From an uncultured bacterium (GTDB lineage: Bacteria > Fermentibacterota > Fermentibacteria > Fermentibacterales > JCC-6): DNA of 34,755 bases. Below, piece after piece: positions 18,909-28,211 of the stretch. The notes under the pieces were generated by a model. It made no database searches and was not told where the DNA came from. It saw only the letters and a program-made list of their open reading frames with translations. The DNA is taken from contig CBDUZS010000026.1 in assembly GCA_965371785.1 (NCBI GenBank), positions 1 through 34,755 on the forward strand. The letters are read 5' to 3'. The translations under genes and the position numbers were made by a program. The stretch's first letter is position 1, and each line of letters begins with the position of its first letter.

Positions 18909-19892
18909 TTGCCGGAGAAATTTCACGTACATCTTGCTGATGGATACGAGAGCGATTCCATCGATACACTGCAGAGAATGCTGCATCGATCGGTCAGCCT
19001 GACTTGCGGTGACCTTCCTGAAAACTCCGATTACCAGGTTCTCGTAGCCGGCAGACCGACCGCTGAGCTTCTGGATGCCAGTTCCCGCCTTGACACTCTG
19101 ATAATACCCTGGGCCGGTGTTTCGGAAAGAACTGCTGCTCTGATGAAGGATTACCAGCACGTACGGGTTCACAACATTCATCACAATGCCGGGGCTGCAG
19201 CCGAAATGGCTCTTGCGCTCATGCTGGCCGCATCGAAGAAGCTCATTCCAGCCCACATGAAATTGAGAGACAACGACTGGTCAATCCGATATCAGCCGGA
19301 TGCATCCATCCTGATATCAGGGTCCCGCATCCTGATCCTCGGCTGGGGTTCGATAGGCAGGAGGGTGGGTGATGTCTGCAGGGCGATGGGGGCAGAAGTG
19401 AGTGGAATCCGCCGAAGAGCTGATCGGGGCGATGCCGATTCAGGCATCTTTCCTCCCGATCGGCTTCATGCGGTGCTTCCCGAGACGGATATCCTGATCG
19501 TCTGCCTTCCCTTGACGCCATCGACCAGGGGAATGATAGGAGACAGCGAACTCTCTCTCATGCCCCGGGGAGCAGTGATCGTAAACGTGGCGAGGGGCGC
19601 TGTTATCTGTGAAGAACCACTTTACAGACATCTGAGTAATGGCTCTATTGGTGCCGCCGGACTCGATGTCTGGTACTCCTATCCAGAGACCGAGGAACAA
19701 AGAACCTCGACACCGCCGTCGGCTTATCCTTTCGGTGAACTGGAGAACGTTGTGATGAGCCCCCACCGAGGGGGAGCCTGGGGAGTGACCGGGCTGGAAA
19801 GACTTAGAATGGAATACCTTGCTGATTCAATAAATGCCTGTGCCCGGGGGGAATCCCCCCAATGGCGCGTAGACCTCGATGAGGGGTACTGA
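18909..19892 (+). CDS. D-isomer-specific 2-hydroxyacid dehydrogenase family, NAD-binding
   Basis: ILILGWGSIGRRVG Rossmann motif, VIVNVARGAVI and GAAGLDVW motifs. The TTG start is preceded by AAGGGGGA. Confidence 0.85.
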   Translation: MPEKFHVHLADGYESDSIDTLQRMLHRSVSLTCGDLPENSDYQVLVAGRPTAELLDASSRLDTLIIPWAGVSERTAALMKDYQHVRVHNIHHNAGAAAEMALALMLAASKKLIPAHMKLRDNDWSIRYQPDASILISGSRILILGWGSIGRRVGDVCRAMGAEVSGIRRRADRGDADSGIFPPDRLHAVLPETDILIVCLPLTPSTRGMIGDSELSLMPRGAVIVNVARGAVICEEPLYRHLSNGSIGAAGLDVWYSYPETEEQRTSTPPSAYPFGELENVVMSPHRGGAWGVTGLERLRMEYLADSINACARGESPQWRVDLDEGY

Positions 19893-19903
19893 GGAGGTTT
19901 TCG

Positions 19904-20701
19904 ATGGCTGCCACCATCTTCTACTTCACCGGAACCGGAAATTCGCTTGCCGCAGCACGAAGAATCGGAGAGAACCTGGGTGGCTGCTCCCTGATTCCGA
20001 TCGCATCCATCGTCGGACAGAAGACCAGTGGGACAGACGTTACGGGGCTGGTTTTCCCGCTCTATTTCTGCGGGCTTCCGAAAATAGTGTCCAGATTCGC
20101 CCGGCAGCTCGAACTGGATCAATCCGAATACACCTTTGCGGTTGTAACCAGAGGGGGAGGTCCGAGCAGAGCCCTGACGCAGCTCAGGAAGATCTTCGGT
20201 GGGAAGGATGGGAAGCTCGACGCTGGTTTCCTGGTGAACATGCCCGGCAACTACACTCCACTCCGGGATGTGTTGCCGCAGGAGAAGCTGAAAAAAGTCC
20301 TGACCGATGCCGAGAACAAGCTGGATGAGATCAGTGGAATAGTGAGCAGGCGGGAAAGCGCAATGGACAGGGAGAATCCCCTGTCGCGGCTGATAGGACG
20401 GGAAATCTATCACTACGTGATCGACACGATCAACACCCGTGACGAGAAATTCCACCTGACGGAGGGATGCACTTCCTGCGGTATTTGCGCTGAGGTCTGT
20501 CCCGTCGGGAATATCACCATGGAGAGTGGTCACCCTGAGTGGCACGGGAATTGCGAGCAGTGCTTCGCCTGTCATCATTTCTGCATCGAGCAGGTAATCC
20601 AGTTCGGGCGAAAAACTGCCAAGCGCGGCAGGTATCATCATCCCGAGATCAGGTACGACGATATCTCGAGACAGCGCATCGGTATAGCAGAACAATACTA
20701 A
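19904..20701 (+). CDS. EFR1-family ferredoxin (flavodoxin-like domain fused to a 4Fe-4S ferredoxin domain)
   Basis: N-terminal IFYFTGTGNS flavodoxin-like motif. The C-terminus carries CTSCGICAEVCP plus a second Cys cluster, CEQCFACHHFC. A GGAGG RBS precedes the start. Confidence 0.8.
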   Translation: MAATIFYFTGTGNSLAAARRIGENLGGCSLIPIASIVGQKTSGTDVTGLVFPLYFCGLPKIVSRFARQLELDQSEYTFAVVTRGGGPSRALTQLRKIFGGKDGKLDAGFLVNMPGNYTPLRDVLPQEKLKKVLTDAENKLDEISGIVSRRESAMDRENPLSRLIGREIYHYVIDTINTRDEKFHLTEGCTSCGICAEVCPVGNITMESGHPEWHGNCEQCFACHHFCIEQVIQFGRKTAKRGRYHHPEIRYDDISRQRIGIAEQY

Positions 20702-20737
20702 CCCCCCTTGAGTCCTCAAAACCCATGGGCGGCGGTG

Positions 20738-21199
20738 TTACCTGCTGTAATACCCCATCAATTCCGCGGTATCCAGTAAATGATCCTCCATGGCTTCTCT
20801 AAGCTCGGAGGCTGTTGCGCCAGGCTCGAGATCGAGAACCAGGTCCAGAGCGTACAGTCTGAAATAGTAACGGTGGGTTCCGGATGGCGGTGCAGGTCCT
20901 CCGTATCCGATCCTTCCCCAGCTGTTCATGCCCTGAACCGTGCAGTCAACCAGCTCGGAATCGGCAGGCACACCTTCACCAAGCGAATAAACCGTACCTG
21001 GAATGTTGTATACGACCCAGTGCACCCAGTTCCCCACCGGGGCGTCTGGATCCTCGCAGATCATCGCATAGCTCAAAGCACCCGGACAAATACTCCAGGA
21101 CATTGGTGGTGAGATATCGCTTCCATCGGCAGTGTAGAGAACCGGGATCATTTCACCATCGGCAAACGCGCTGCTGAAGAGCATGAAGAGTACAACCAT
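20738..21199 (-). CDS. YbhB/YbcL-family phosphatidylethanolamine-binding protein (PEBP) with signal peptide
   Basis: HRYYFRLYALD PEBP signature. The internal start MVVLFMLFSSAFA gives a signal peptide. Confidence 0.85.
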   Translation of the reverse strand: MVVLFMLFSSAFADGEMIPVLYTADGSDISPPMSWSICPGALSYAMICEDPDAPVGNWVHWVVYNIPGTVYSLGEGVPADSELVDCTVQGMNSWGRIGYGGPAPPSGTHRYYFRLYALDLVLDLEPGATASELREAMEDHLLDTAELMGYYSR

Positions 21200-21552
21200 T
21201 ACGAACCTCCTCCTGAACCGACGAACTGAGTTAACGCAAATATGTGCATTAACCCCTGTTCGTTCGGATATCATCTAAGTCCATATCGGCAGAACAGCCT
21301 TACATACGGTTCTCCATTCATGAAGAGGGAGAATCAATCGAGTTGATAGCAATGACCCGGATACAGAAGCCCGGGCTGAGTGTAATGTTCGCAGGAGACT
21401 CTACGATTGATACATTCCGTGGCCCTGTTATCAGTATACTCCCAACACTTTGGATAAGCAAGTATCGGAACAGACGCCCATACGACCTGTAGATTTAGAT
21501 TTCCACAGCCTTGAAGCTCTCTCCTACGGATCTTTTCACTATATTCCATGCT

Positions 21553-22626
21553 ATGAGAATTGGATTGTATGTAGATTTCGCCGGGAATATCACAGGAATT
21601 GGCCGCTACGGTATCGAAATCGCAAAGGCTCTGGCGCGTAAGAGCGTTCTGTCTGAATTATGGCTGAACCGCTACCTCAAGAGGGATCAGGGCATTTTCG
21701 ACTCGCTAGATATACCGAAAGTGTTCTTCCACAGGCTCAGGGAGATTTCCGACGTTTACTGGCCGGGTTTCCGGTTCCGCAAAGCTGGGCTCGATATCCT
21801 TCATTGCCCGAATTGCACTCTGATCAGCACACTCCTTCCGATCAGGCAGTCCGTGATGATACATGACATGGGGCCGTTCCTGTACCCGGAGATGAAACAC
21901 GGAAGCGACATCGAAGCATGGCAGAAACGAATAAGACGGGTCGATTCCCATGCCGCGGTGATCACGACTAATTCCTTGACTACAAAGAACGACCTGCTCA
22001 ACTCTTTTCCAGATCTCGAGGAGCGTCTCTTCCTCACACCTCTGGGAATCGATCACTTCCCCGTAAGGGAAGGTCACTCCCCCGGCATGAAACACATTCT
22101 TGCAGTCGGCACAGTTGAGCCAAGGAAGAACTACAGGGTGTTGCTGAAAGCCTACAGTATCCTCGCGGCTTCTCGTGGACCATCGTTCCTCCCTCTGGTC
22201 ATTGCTGGTAGTTTAGGATTCAAATCCGATCAGATCATCGGTTACGCAGAAGAATACGGTATTGCCGAACGAGTCACGTTTACCGGATATGTAACCGACG
22301 CTGAGCTGGATGACCTTTACGGGAATGCTGCCTGCCTGGTGCATACGGCTCATTACGAAGGTTTCGGTTTCATCGTTCCAGAAGCGTTTTCCTGGAATCT
22401 GCCCGTGGCTGCACCCGACAACACCGCGATCAGAGAATACTTCAGCAAGGCAGCGTGGATGCTCGATATCACCGATCCCGAATCCGTTGCCGACGGTATC
22501 GAGCTATGTCTCGAAAAAGGAGTTTCTCACGAGCAGCGGATCGAGAGAAACAGGCTTACAGGATTTCTAACGTGGGACAATTGCGCCGCGAAGACTCTCG
22601 ACGCTTTCAGAAAGATCCTCCCGTGA
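21553..22626 (+). CDS. Glycosyltransferase family 4 (GT-B; EX7E-type EGFGF motif), copy A of a tandem pair
   Basis: MRIGLYVDF...GRYGIEIAKAL...EGFGFIVPEA. It is near-identical to the next gene. Confidence 0.85.
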   Translation: MRIGLYVDFAGNITGIGRYGIEIAKALARKSVLSELWLNRYLKRDQGIFDSLDIPKVFFHRLREISDVYWPGFRFRKAGLDILHCPNCTLISTLLPIRQSVMIHDMGPFLYPEMKHGSDIEAWQKRIRRVDSHAAVITTNSLTTKNDLLNSFPDLEERLFLTPLGIDHFPVREGHSPGMKHILAVGTVEPRKNYRVLLKAYSILAASRGPSFLPLVIAGSLGFKSDQIIGYAEEYGIAERVTFTGYVTDAELDDLYGNAACLVHTAHYEGFGFIVPEAFSWNLPVAAPDNTAIREYFSKAAWMLDITDPESVADGIELCLEKGVSHEQRIERNRLTGFLTWDNCAAKTLDAFRKILP

Positions 22627-22663
22627 CAGGTATCCTCATCGATCATCCATTATATTTCATTAC

Positions 22664-23737
22664 ATGAGAATAGGACTGTACGTCGATTTCGACGGGAACA
22701 TCACGGGGATCGGCCGCTACGGCGTCGAAATCGCGAAGGCTCTGAAACGCAAGGATGTTCTGTCCGAATTGTGGATGAACCGGTATCTCAAGAAGAGGCC
22801 GTGTGATCTCGACTCACTCGATTTGCCGATTGCGTTCTTTCACAAATTCAGGAGGATTTCCGACACCTACTGGCCGGGTCTCCGGTTCCGCAAAGCAGGG
22901 CTGGACGTGCTTCATTGCCCGAATTGCTCTCTGATAAGCACACTGTTTCCAATCAGGCAATCCGTAATAATCCATGACATGGGACCGTTCCTGTTCCCGG
23001 AAATGAAACAGGGAAGCGACACGGAAGCATGGCAGAAACGAATCAGACGGGCCGCTCACCATGCTGAGGTGATCATGACCAGTTCTATTACGACAAGGAA
23101 CGATCTGCTCAACTCATTTTCAGATCTCGAAGAGCGTCTCTTCCTCACACCGCTGGGAATCGACCACTTCCCCGTAAGGGAAGGTCACTCCCCGGGCATG
23201 AAACATATTCTTGCAGTCGGCACGGTTGAACCCAGGAAGAACTACAGGGTTCTCCTCGAAGCTTACAGTATTCTCTCGGCTTCAGGCGAGCACTCGCTTC
23301 CACCTCTGGTAATAGCTGGAGATTTCGGATTCAGATCCGATCAGATCATCGGCTATGCAGCGGAATACGGTATTACCGACAGAGTCACCTTCACCGGATA
23401 CACAACCAATACCGAACTGGGAGATCTCTACAGGAATGCTGCCTGCCTGGTGCATACGGCTCATTACGAAGGTTTCGGTTTCGTCGTTCCAGAAGCGTTT
23501 TCCTGGAATCTGCCCGTGGCAGCACCCGATAACACCTCGATCAGAGAATACTTCAGCAAGGCAGCGTGGATGCTCGATATCACCGATCCCGAATCCGTTG
23601 CCGACGGTATAAAACTATGTCTCGAAAAGGGAGTTTCTCACGAGCAACGGATCGAGAGAAACAGACTGAAAGATTTTCTGACGTGGGACAATTGCGCTGA
23701 GAAGACTCTCGACGCTTTCAGAAAGGTTCTCTCGTGA
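22664..23737 (+). CDS. Glycosyltransferase family 4, copy B of the tandem pair
   Basis: MRIGLYVDFDGNITGIGRYGVEIAKAL...EGFGFVVPEA. It is a paralog of 21553..22626. Confidence 0.85.
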   Translation: MRIGLYVDFDGNITGIGRYGVEIAKALKRKDVLSELWMNRYLKKRPCDLDSLDLPIAFFHKFRRISDTYWPGLRFRKAGLDVLHCPNCSLISTLFPIRQSVIIHDMGPFLFPEMKQGSDTEAWQKRIRRAAHHAEVIMTSSITTRNDLLNSFSDLEERLFLTPLGIDHFPVREGHSPGMKHILAVGTVEPRKNYRVLLEAYSILSASGEHSLPPLVIAGDFGFRSDQIIGYAAEYGITDRVTFTGYTTNTELGDLYRNAACLVHTAHYEGFGFVVPEAFSWNLPVAAPDNTSIREYFSKAAWMLDITDPESVADGIKLCLEKGVSHEQRIERNRLKDFLTWDNCAEKTLDAFRKVLS

Positions 23738-25002
23738 CAAGTGTTCTCCTCGTGGGTGACGATGGTTCTCGGGATGCCGCCAGCAAAGGTACCGGTGCTT
23801 GCATAGCACGTACCGGAAGGTTCAAGTATGCGCTCGAAGAAGCTGGATTGCAGGTTACCGTGTGTTCTCCATTGGAGCTTGAGAGGGGTGCCGCCGAGAT
23901 CAAGTGCCTTCTCCGGGATGGATCGTTCACATGTATCGTAGCAATCAGCCCTTTCCCCGCAGAAGCTGCGGTTATGGCGGACCCGGTACTGCCGATCTGG
24001 ATCGACATGAACGGAAACCATCCTGCCGAGATTCAGCTGCAGGATAACGCAGATCGCAGGGCAGGTGAGCGGCTGGCAAGGATACTCGCCCTGGAAAATT
24101 CTCTTCTCCGGCGGGGTGATATTTTCTCAACCCCATCCCGCAGGCAGGCATGTGCCGTTGCGGGAGAACTTCTTCTCCTCGGCAGACTGGGGCATCGATC
24201 AGCAGGAGTCATTCCTGTGGTTCCGATTCCTCATTGCGCGGTGGGAGAGTTCAACAAATCGAGCACATCGGGACAGGAGTTCATTATCATTTCCACGGGC
24301 TCATTCAACCAGTGGTTTGACGAACAGACTCTGTTCACAGGTCTGGAATCTGCCATGGAGAAGAATGACAGAATCCGATTCGTATCCACGGGAGGCGGGA
24401 TTCCCTCTTCCCCGCGCAAGTACGATGGTTTCAGGGAAATGGTCGAGAACTCTCCTTTCAGAAGCAGGTTCGCACTGCATGGCTGGGTTCCGTTCGATCA
24501 TCTGAAGGAAGTCTATGCCTCAGCTTCAGCGGCAGTATACACGGACATACCAGCTCTCGAGACCTTTCTCGGCGCGCGAACAAGAACCCTGGACTGGATC
24601 AACAGAGGTATTCCGGTCATCTGTACCGATGGTGCGGAGATTTCAGAGGAGATCGGTAACCATGGTCTGGGACTGGTAGTTCCGCCCAGTAACCCTGAAG
24701 CCCTTTCCGATGCGTTTCTGAGGCTCGCTTCCTCCCCTGATCTATCTCTGGAGATTACGGCCCGTCAGAAGACCTGGTGCTCCACTCATGGCGCATCGGA
24801 ACGGCTGTTTCAGCCGCTCGTGAGCTGGTGCTCAGACCCTTCCAGACTGCCGCATGGATCACTGGGCAACCCAACCATTCCCAGGATGAACAGCCATGGA
24901 TACTTCAATATCATCTTCCGTGAGCTGACCGCGGACAGGGGGCTGGGCTATGCAATCTCCCGTTTGATGGCAAGGCTTTTCCCGGTTTTCAGACGGCATT
25001 AG
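23734..25002 (+). CDS. Glycosyltransferase (GT-B fold C-terminal domain, GT4-like) with divergent N-terminal domain
   Basis: The GTG start overlaps the upstream stop (GTGA). The C-terminal region (GWVPFDHLKEVYASASAAVY...GIPVICTDGAEISEEI) is GT4-like. Confidence 0.6.
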   Translation: MTSVLLVGDDGSRDAASKGTGACIARTGRFKYALEEAGLQVTVCSPLELERGAAEIKCLLRDGSFTCIVAISPFPAEAAVMADPVLPIWIDMNGNHPAEIQLQDNADRRAGERLARILALENSLLRRGDIFSTPSRRQACAVAGELLLLGRLGHRSAGVIPVVPIPHCAVGEFNKSSTSGQEFIIISTGSFNQWFDEQTLFTGLESAMEKNDRIRFVSTGGGIPSSPRKYDGFREMVENSPFRSRFALHGWVPFDHLKEVYASASAAVYTDIPALETFLGARTRTLDWINRGIPVICTDGAEISEEIGNHGLGLVVPPSNPEALSDAFLRLASSPDLSLEITARQKTWCSTHGASERLFQPLVSWCSDPSRLPHGSLGNPTIPRMNSHGYFNIIFRELTADRGLGYAISRLMARLFPVFRRH

Positions 25003-25982
25003 TGAAGGATGATATCTCGCACTCGTCCGTAGATTTTTCTCTTGACCAGTCCTACTGTTGAATCGGTTTTTGCGAAACGACTGAACACATCCCTGACGGA
25101 AATCTCTGCCTCAAAGAATTCAACCGGCATCCCGAGCCCATCCATAGTACCCTTGAATATGGCTCGCGCAAGAGTGAACCTTCCTCTGAGAAGGCTGAGC
25201 ATAATCCACATTTTCTGCCAGAGTATGATGTATGGCCACAGTTTTCGGAAAGTTTGCACATCGAAGTGCTTCCTGAGAACCAGAAGACGGTTACGCACAC
25301 AGAAGTATTCCTTGAAGAAACTACCTCTGACTGACGTTGCCGAATGCACATGTCTTACTATGGCGTGTGGTTCGTAAACGATCTTCCAGCCGGTTCGCAA
25401 CAGCTCGAGACCGAGATCGAAGTCTTCCTCGTATGCAAACAGCTCTTCCCAGAAAAGCCTGGAACTGTCAGGGAGTGCTCTTCGGCGGATCATCACAGCA
25501 CCTCCGCAGGGGAAGCAGACGTCCCGGCGAGAAGCATGATCGGATGCCGGTTCTCCCTTTCCTGTGTCTCTCGAAAAGCCCATCCAGTCGATCTCTCCTC
25601 CTGCTGAATCCATGATTCCCATATCTTCAATGTTTCGCATTGAACTGGTGATCGCTGCAATCGACGGGTCTTCCATGCGAACGGTGAGCGCATCGAGCCA
25701 TCCCGGCTCGACTATGCAGTCGTTGTTGAGCAGAATGAGGAATTCCTCTGTTGCAGATTTCAGACCGGCGTTGTTCGCACCCGTGAAGCCAGTGTTGTGC
25801 TCGAGGGAAATGAGCTTTACCTCTGGGAACTCCGTTTCGATTATTCCGGGAGACCCATCCGAGGAACCGTTGTCAACCACTACTATCTGGTCGGGTACCC
25901 GATCATGATTCAGAAGAGAGATCAGACACCGTCGAAGCATTTCGATTCCATTGAGATTCGGAACGATCACCGAGACGGTCAT
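24999..25982 (-). CDS. Glycosyltransferase family 2
   Basis: MTVSVIVPNLNGIEMLRRCLISL...VVVDNGSSDGS...ILLNNDCIV. It has a 4-nt convergent overlap with the preceding GT. Confidence 0.85.
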   Translation of the reverse strand: MTVSVIVPNLNGIEMLRRCLISLLNHDRVPDQIVVVDNGSSDGSPGIIETEFPEVKLISLEHNTGFTGANNAGLKSATEEFLILLNNDCIVEPGWLDALTVRMEDPSIAAITSSMRNIEDMGIMDSAGGEIDWMGFSRDTGKGEPASDHASRRDVCFPCGGAVMIRRRALPDSSRLFWEELFAYEEDFDLGLELLRTGWKIVYEPHAIVRHVHSATSVRGSFFKEYFCVRNRLLVLRKHFDVQTFRKLWPYIILWQKMWIMLSLLRGRFTLARAIFKGTMDGLGMPVEFFEAEISVRDVFSRFAKTDSTVGLVKRKIYGRVRDIILH

Positions 25983-26081
25983 CTGGACTCCTGCCCACCC
26001 GGACGGCAGTAACATTCAGTTCTCACAGGCATTGCGTATCCTGTAGCCTGATCCATCCCATCCTTCGCCAGGCTCCGATGC

Positions 26082-27014
26082 TCACTCCGGAGTGAACGTA
26101 TGGCTGGTCTGTCGCATCTCCGTCTGGTTTCCGGCTACGGCAGAAGCTATCTGCTGTCCCATCATGCCGGTCATGGGGTAGATGATAACCATGGAACTCT
26201 CCTCTTTCGATATGTCAAGAAGAGCCTGGATCTGCCGCAGCTCCATGGCGTTCGGCTGCGATGCAAGAATGCTCGACGCTTCGGAAAGATAAGTGGCTAC
26301 AGTCTTTTCAGCCTCTGCCTGAATCGTCTTGGCCTTGGCAGCCCGTTCAGCACGCGCGATAACCGCGAGTTCCTCGATAAGCGATGTCGGAGTACCCACA
26401 TCCGTGATCCGGACGGCTCGGACGTTTACACCGTAGTCACTGGCAGCGGCATCTATCTCCCTCTTGAGGTCAGATGCTATTCTGTCGGTTTCGCTGAGAA
26501 GCGGTCTGAGATCATTTCTTCCGATCGTGCTCTTCAATGCCTCCATGGAAGCCCATTCCGTAGTCTTCCAGTAGTTCTGAACATCGATTGCTGCCTTTTC
26601 CGGATCCTCTATTTCCAGTTCTACTGCAGCGGTTACATCGATCGGGATGTTGTCCTTGGTCAGTGTCTTGGTTGCCTTGACCTCATAGGTTACGATACGG
26701 ACGTCGAGGATACGGGCAACGGAGTAAATGAACGGTGGTACCAGAAAGAACCCGGGACCTTTTGCTCCGACGGACTTTCCTATACGCAGGAGAACCATTC
26801 GCTCCCACTGCGGGAGTACGTGGAACATCTTCGCGAATATGTTTGCAAACCAGAAGATCGCCAGAGTCTTCGCGAGACTCCATATAAGGATGTATCCATT
26901 CTCGAAATCGAGCCCCTGAAAATCGGGGAGAACGATAACGAGCCATAACGGAACGACGATTACCAGACGGACACTATTTCGTATAAAACCCTGAACCGGA
27001 TTTCTCTTGAACAT
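26082..27014 (-). CDS. SPFH/band-7 (stomatin-like, slipin) family membrane protein
   Basis: N-terminal TM helix, then VLPQWERMVLLRIGK...GPGFFLVPPFI. The C-terminal part is coiled-coil/Ala-rich. The RBS is GGGAGGAG. Confidence 0.85.
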   Translation of the reverse strand: MFKRNPVQGFIRNSVRLVIVVPLWLVIVLPDFQGLDFENGYILIWSLAKTLAIFWFANIFAKMFHVLPQWERMVLLRIGKSVGAKGPGFFLVPPFIYSVARILDVRIVTYEVKATKTLTKDNIPIDVTAAVELEIEDPEKAAIDVQNYWKTTEWASMEALKSTIGRNDLRPLLSETDRIASDLKREIDAAASDYGVNVRAVRITDVGTPTSLIEELAVIARAERAAKAKTIQAEAEKTVATYLSEASSILASQPNAMELRQIQALLDISKEESSMVIIYPMTGMMGQQIASAVAGNQTEMRQTSHTFTPE

Positions 27015-27293
27015 GCTTCTCCTCCCGGAATTGTACTTATCGCCCTGAATTCAGTATACGATCGATCTCTTTCCCGAACAGTCCCCTCTCAAGATGAGCA
27101 TGCGGCAGCCAGCATTCGTTCAGCGTTCATGCTGTGCTGATCGTGCATCAATATGGCTCACAGCCCGGGGGACAGCAAGCGAATCCGAATGGACATCGGG
27201 GCATCACTCACACAATTGCCTTCGGGGCCGATAGAAGTTATTCTGTGAACTGTTCCACCGTGGCAGAGGAAGTAATCAAACAAGGGGGGATAC

Positions 27294-28139
27294 ATGCTGA
27301 AGATCATATCCGTCATCGGTTCCATCAGCCTTCTGCTGCTGCTTGGCAGCTGCGGTGAAGGCGAGGAGGTACAGAGCTCGGACGCCGCCGACACACAGGT
27401 GGATGAAGTCGTTCCAGAACCTGTCGATGAGGTTGTCGAAGAGGGACCTCTCTATCCGGAAGGCACTCTTGATCCCACAGTGATCACTGCGGACATGCCG
27501 CTTGCCGCCTCCTCTCTGTACGAAGCCTACTTCGCATGGGACGGCATGCAGGTGACACTTGCAGGATACCCATTCATCTGGTACGGAGACAGCACGGTGA
27601 TAGAGGACGAGATCAGGCTCGTCGCCGATCCCGAATCCACTGACGAGCTTGCCACGGCTTTCTTCGCCGAACCATTGAATCGAACCGTACTGAGGGGTGA
27701 GATACTCGCCGTCCAGGGAACGGTTGAAATGTCCTGGACCGGCGACATCGAGATTGCGGATGCGGCCATCGTGGAACCTCCAGCCGTGATAGAACCCCTG
27801 GAGACAAGCTCGTGGGTTTACGATGGAACGACTCCCATTCCAGTCGATCAGTTCTTCGAGCTCTTCAACGCCTGGATGGGCAAAGAAGTTACCGTCGAAG
27901 GTTACTACCACTCCACCACGACGTCCGTAACGGACTACGGCACGACTATCAGGGTAGACCTCTCACATCCAGACGACACCTACACCAAGTACGTAGCCTG
28001 CAAGATGGATGCAGAGATCCCGGCTACTTCCGATGAGAGTATGGTGAACAACAGAGAAGGTGTTCAGATCAGGGGAACGGTAACCGGCGAGTCATTCGAC
28101 ATGGTCTGTATCGAGGGTTGCACACTGGTCAACAGGTAA
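27294..28139 (+). CDS. Hypothetical lipoprotein with internally duplicated roughly 100-aa domain
   Basis: Signal peptide with lipobox-like LLGSCG. The two halves share LYEAYFAWDGMQVTLAGY / FFELFNAWMGKEVTVEGY and RGEILAVQGTV / REGVQIRGTV. Confidence 0.6.
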   Translation: MLKIISVIGSISLLLLLGSCGEGEEVQSSDAADTQVDEVVPEPVDEVVEEGPLYPEGTLDPTVITADMPLAASSLYEAYFAWDGMQVTLAGYPFIWYGDSTVIEDEIRLVADPESTDELATAFFAEPLNRTVLRGEILAVQGTVEMSWTGDIEIADAAIVEPPAVIEPLETSSWVYDGTTPIPVDQFFELFNAWMGKEVTVEGYYHSTTTSVTDYGTTIRVDLSHPDDTYTKYVACKMDAEIPATSDESMVNNREGVQIRGTVTGESFDMVCIEGCTLVNR

Positions 28140-28149
28140 TTCTCATACC

Positions 28150-28183
28150 GGGGAGCGGGCACGGAAGACCCCGTGCCCTCCCC
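28150..28183 (+). terminator. GC-rich stem-loop 11 nt after the lipoprotein stop (putative terminator or RNA-stability element)
   Basis: ggggagcgggcacgg-aagac-cccgtgccctcccc forms a 13-14-bp stem with one bulge. No U-tract follows. Confidence 0.3.
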
Positions 28184-28211
28184 TGTCAGGGCTCGGCAAG
28201 AAGGGAAACTC

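Larger units (their letters stand above)
21553..23737 (+). repeat. Tandem direct duplication of about 1.1 kb (two GT4 genes)
   Basis: The two units align colinearly at the nucleotide level. The last roughly 260 nt are almost identical, while the 5' parts are more diverged. Confidence 0.8.
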
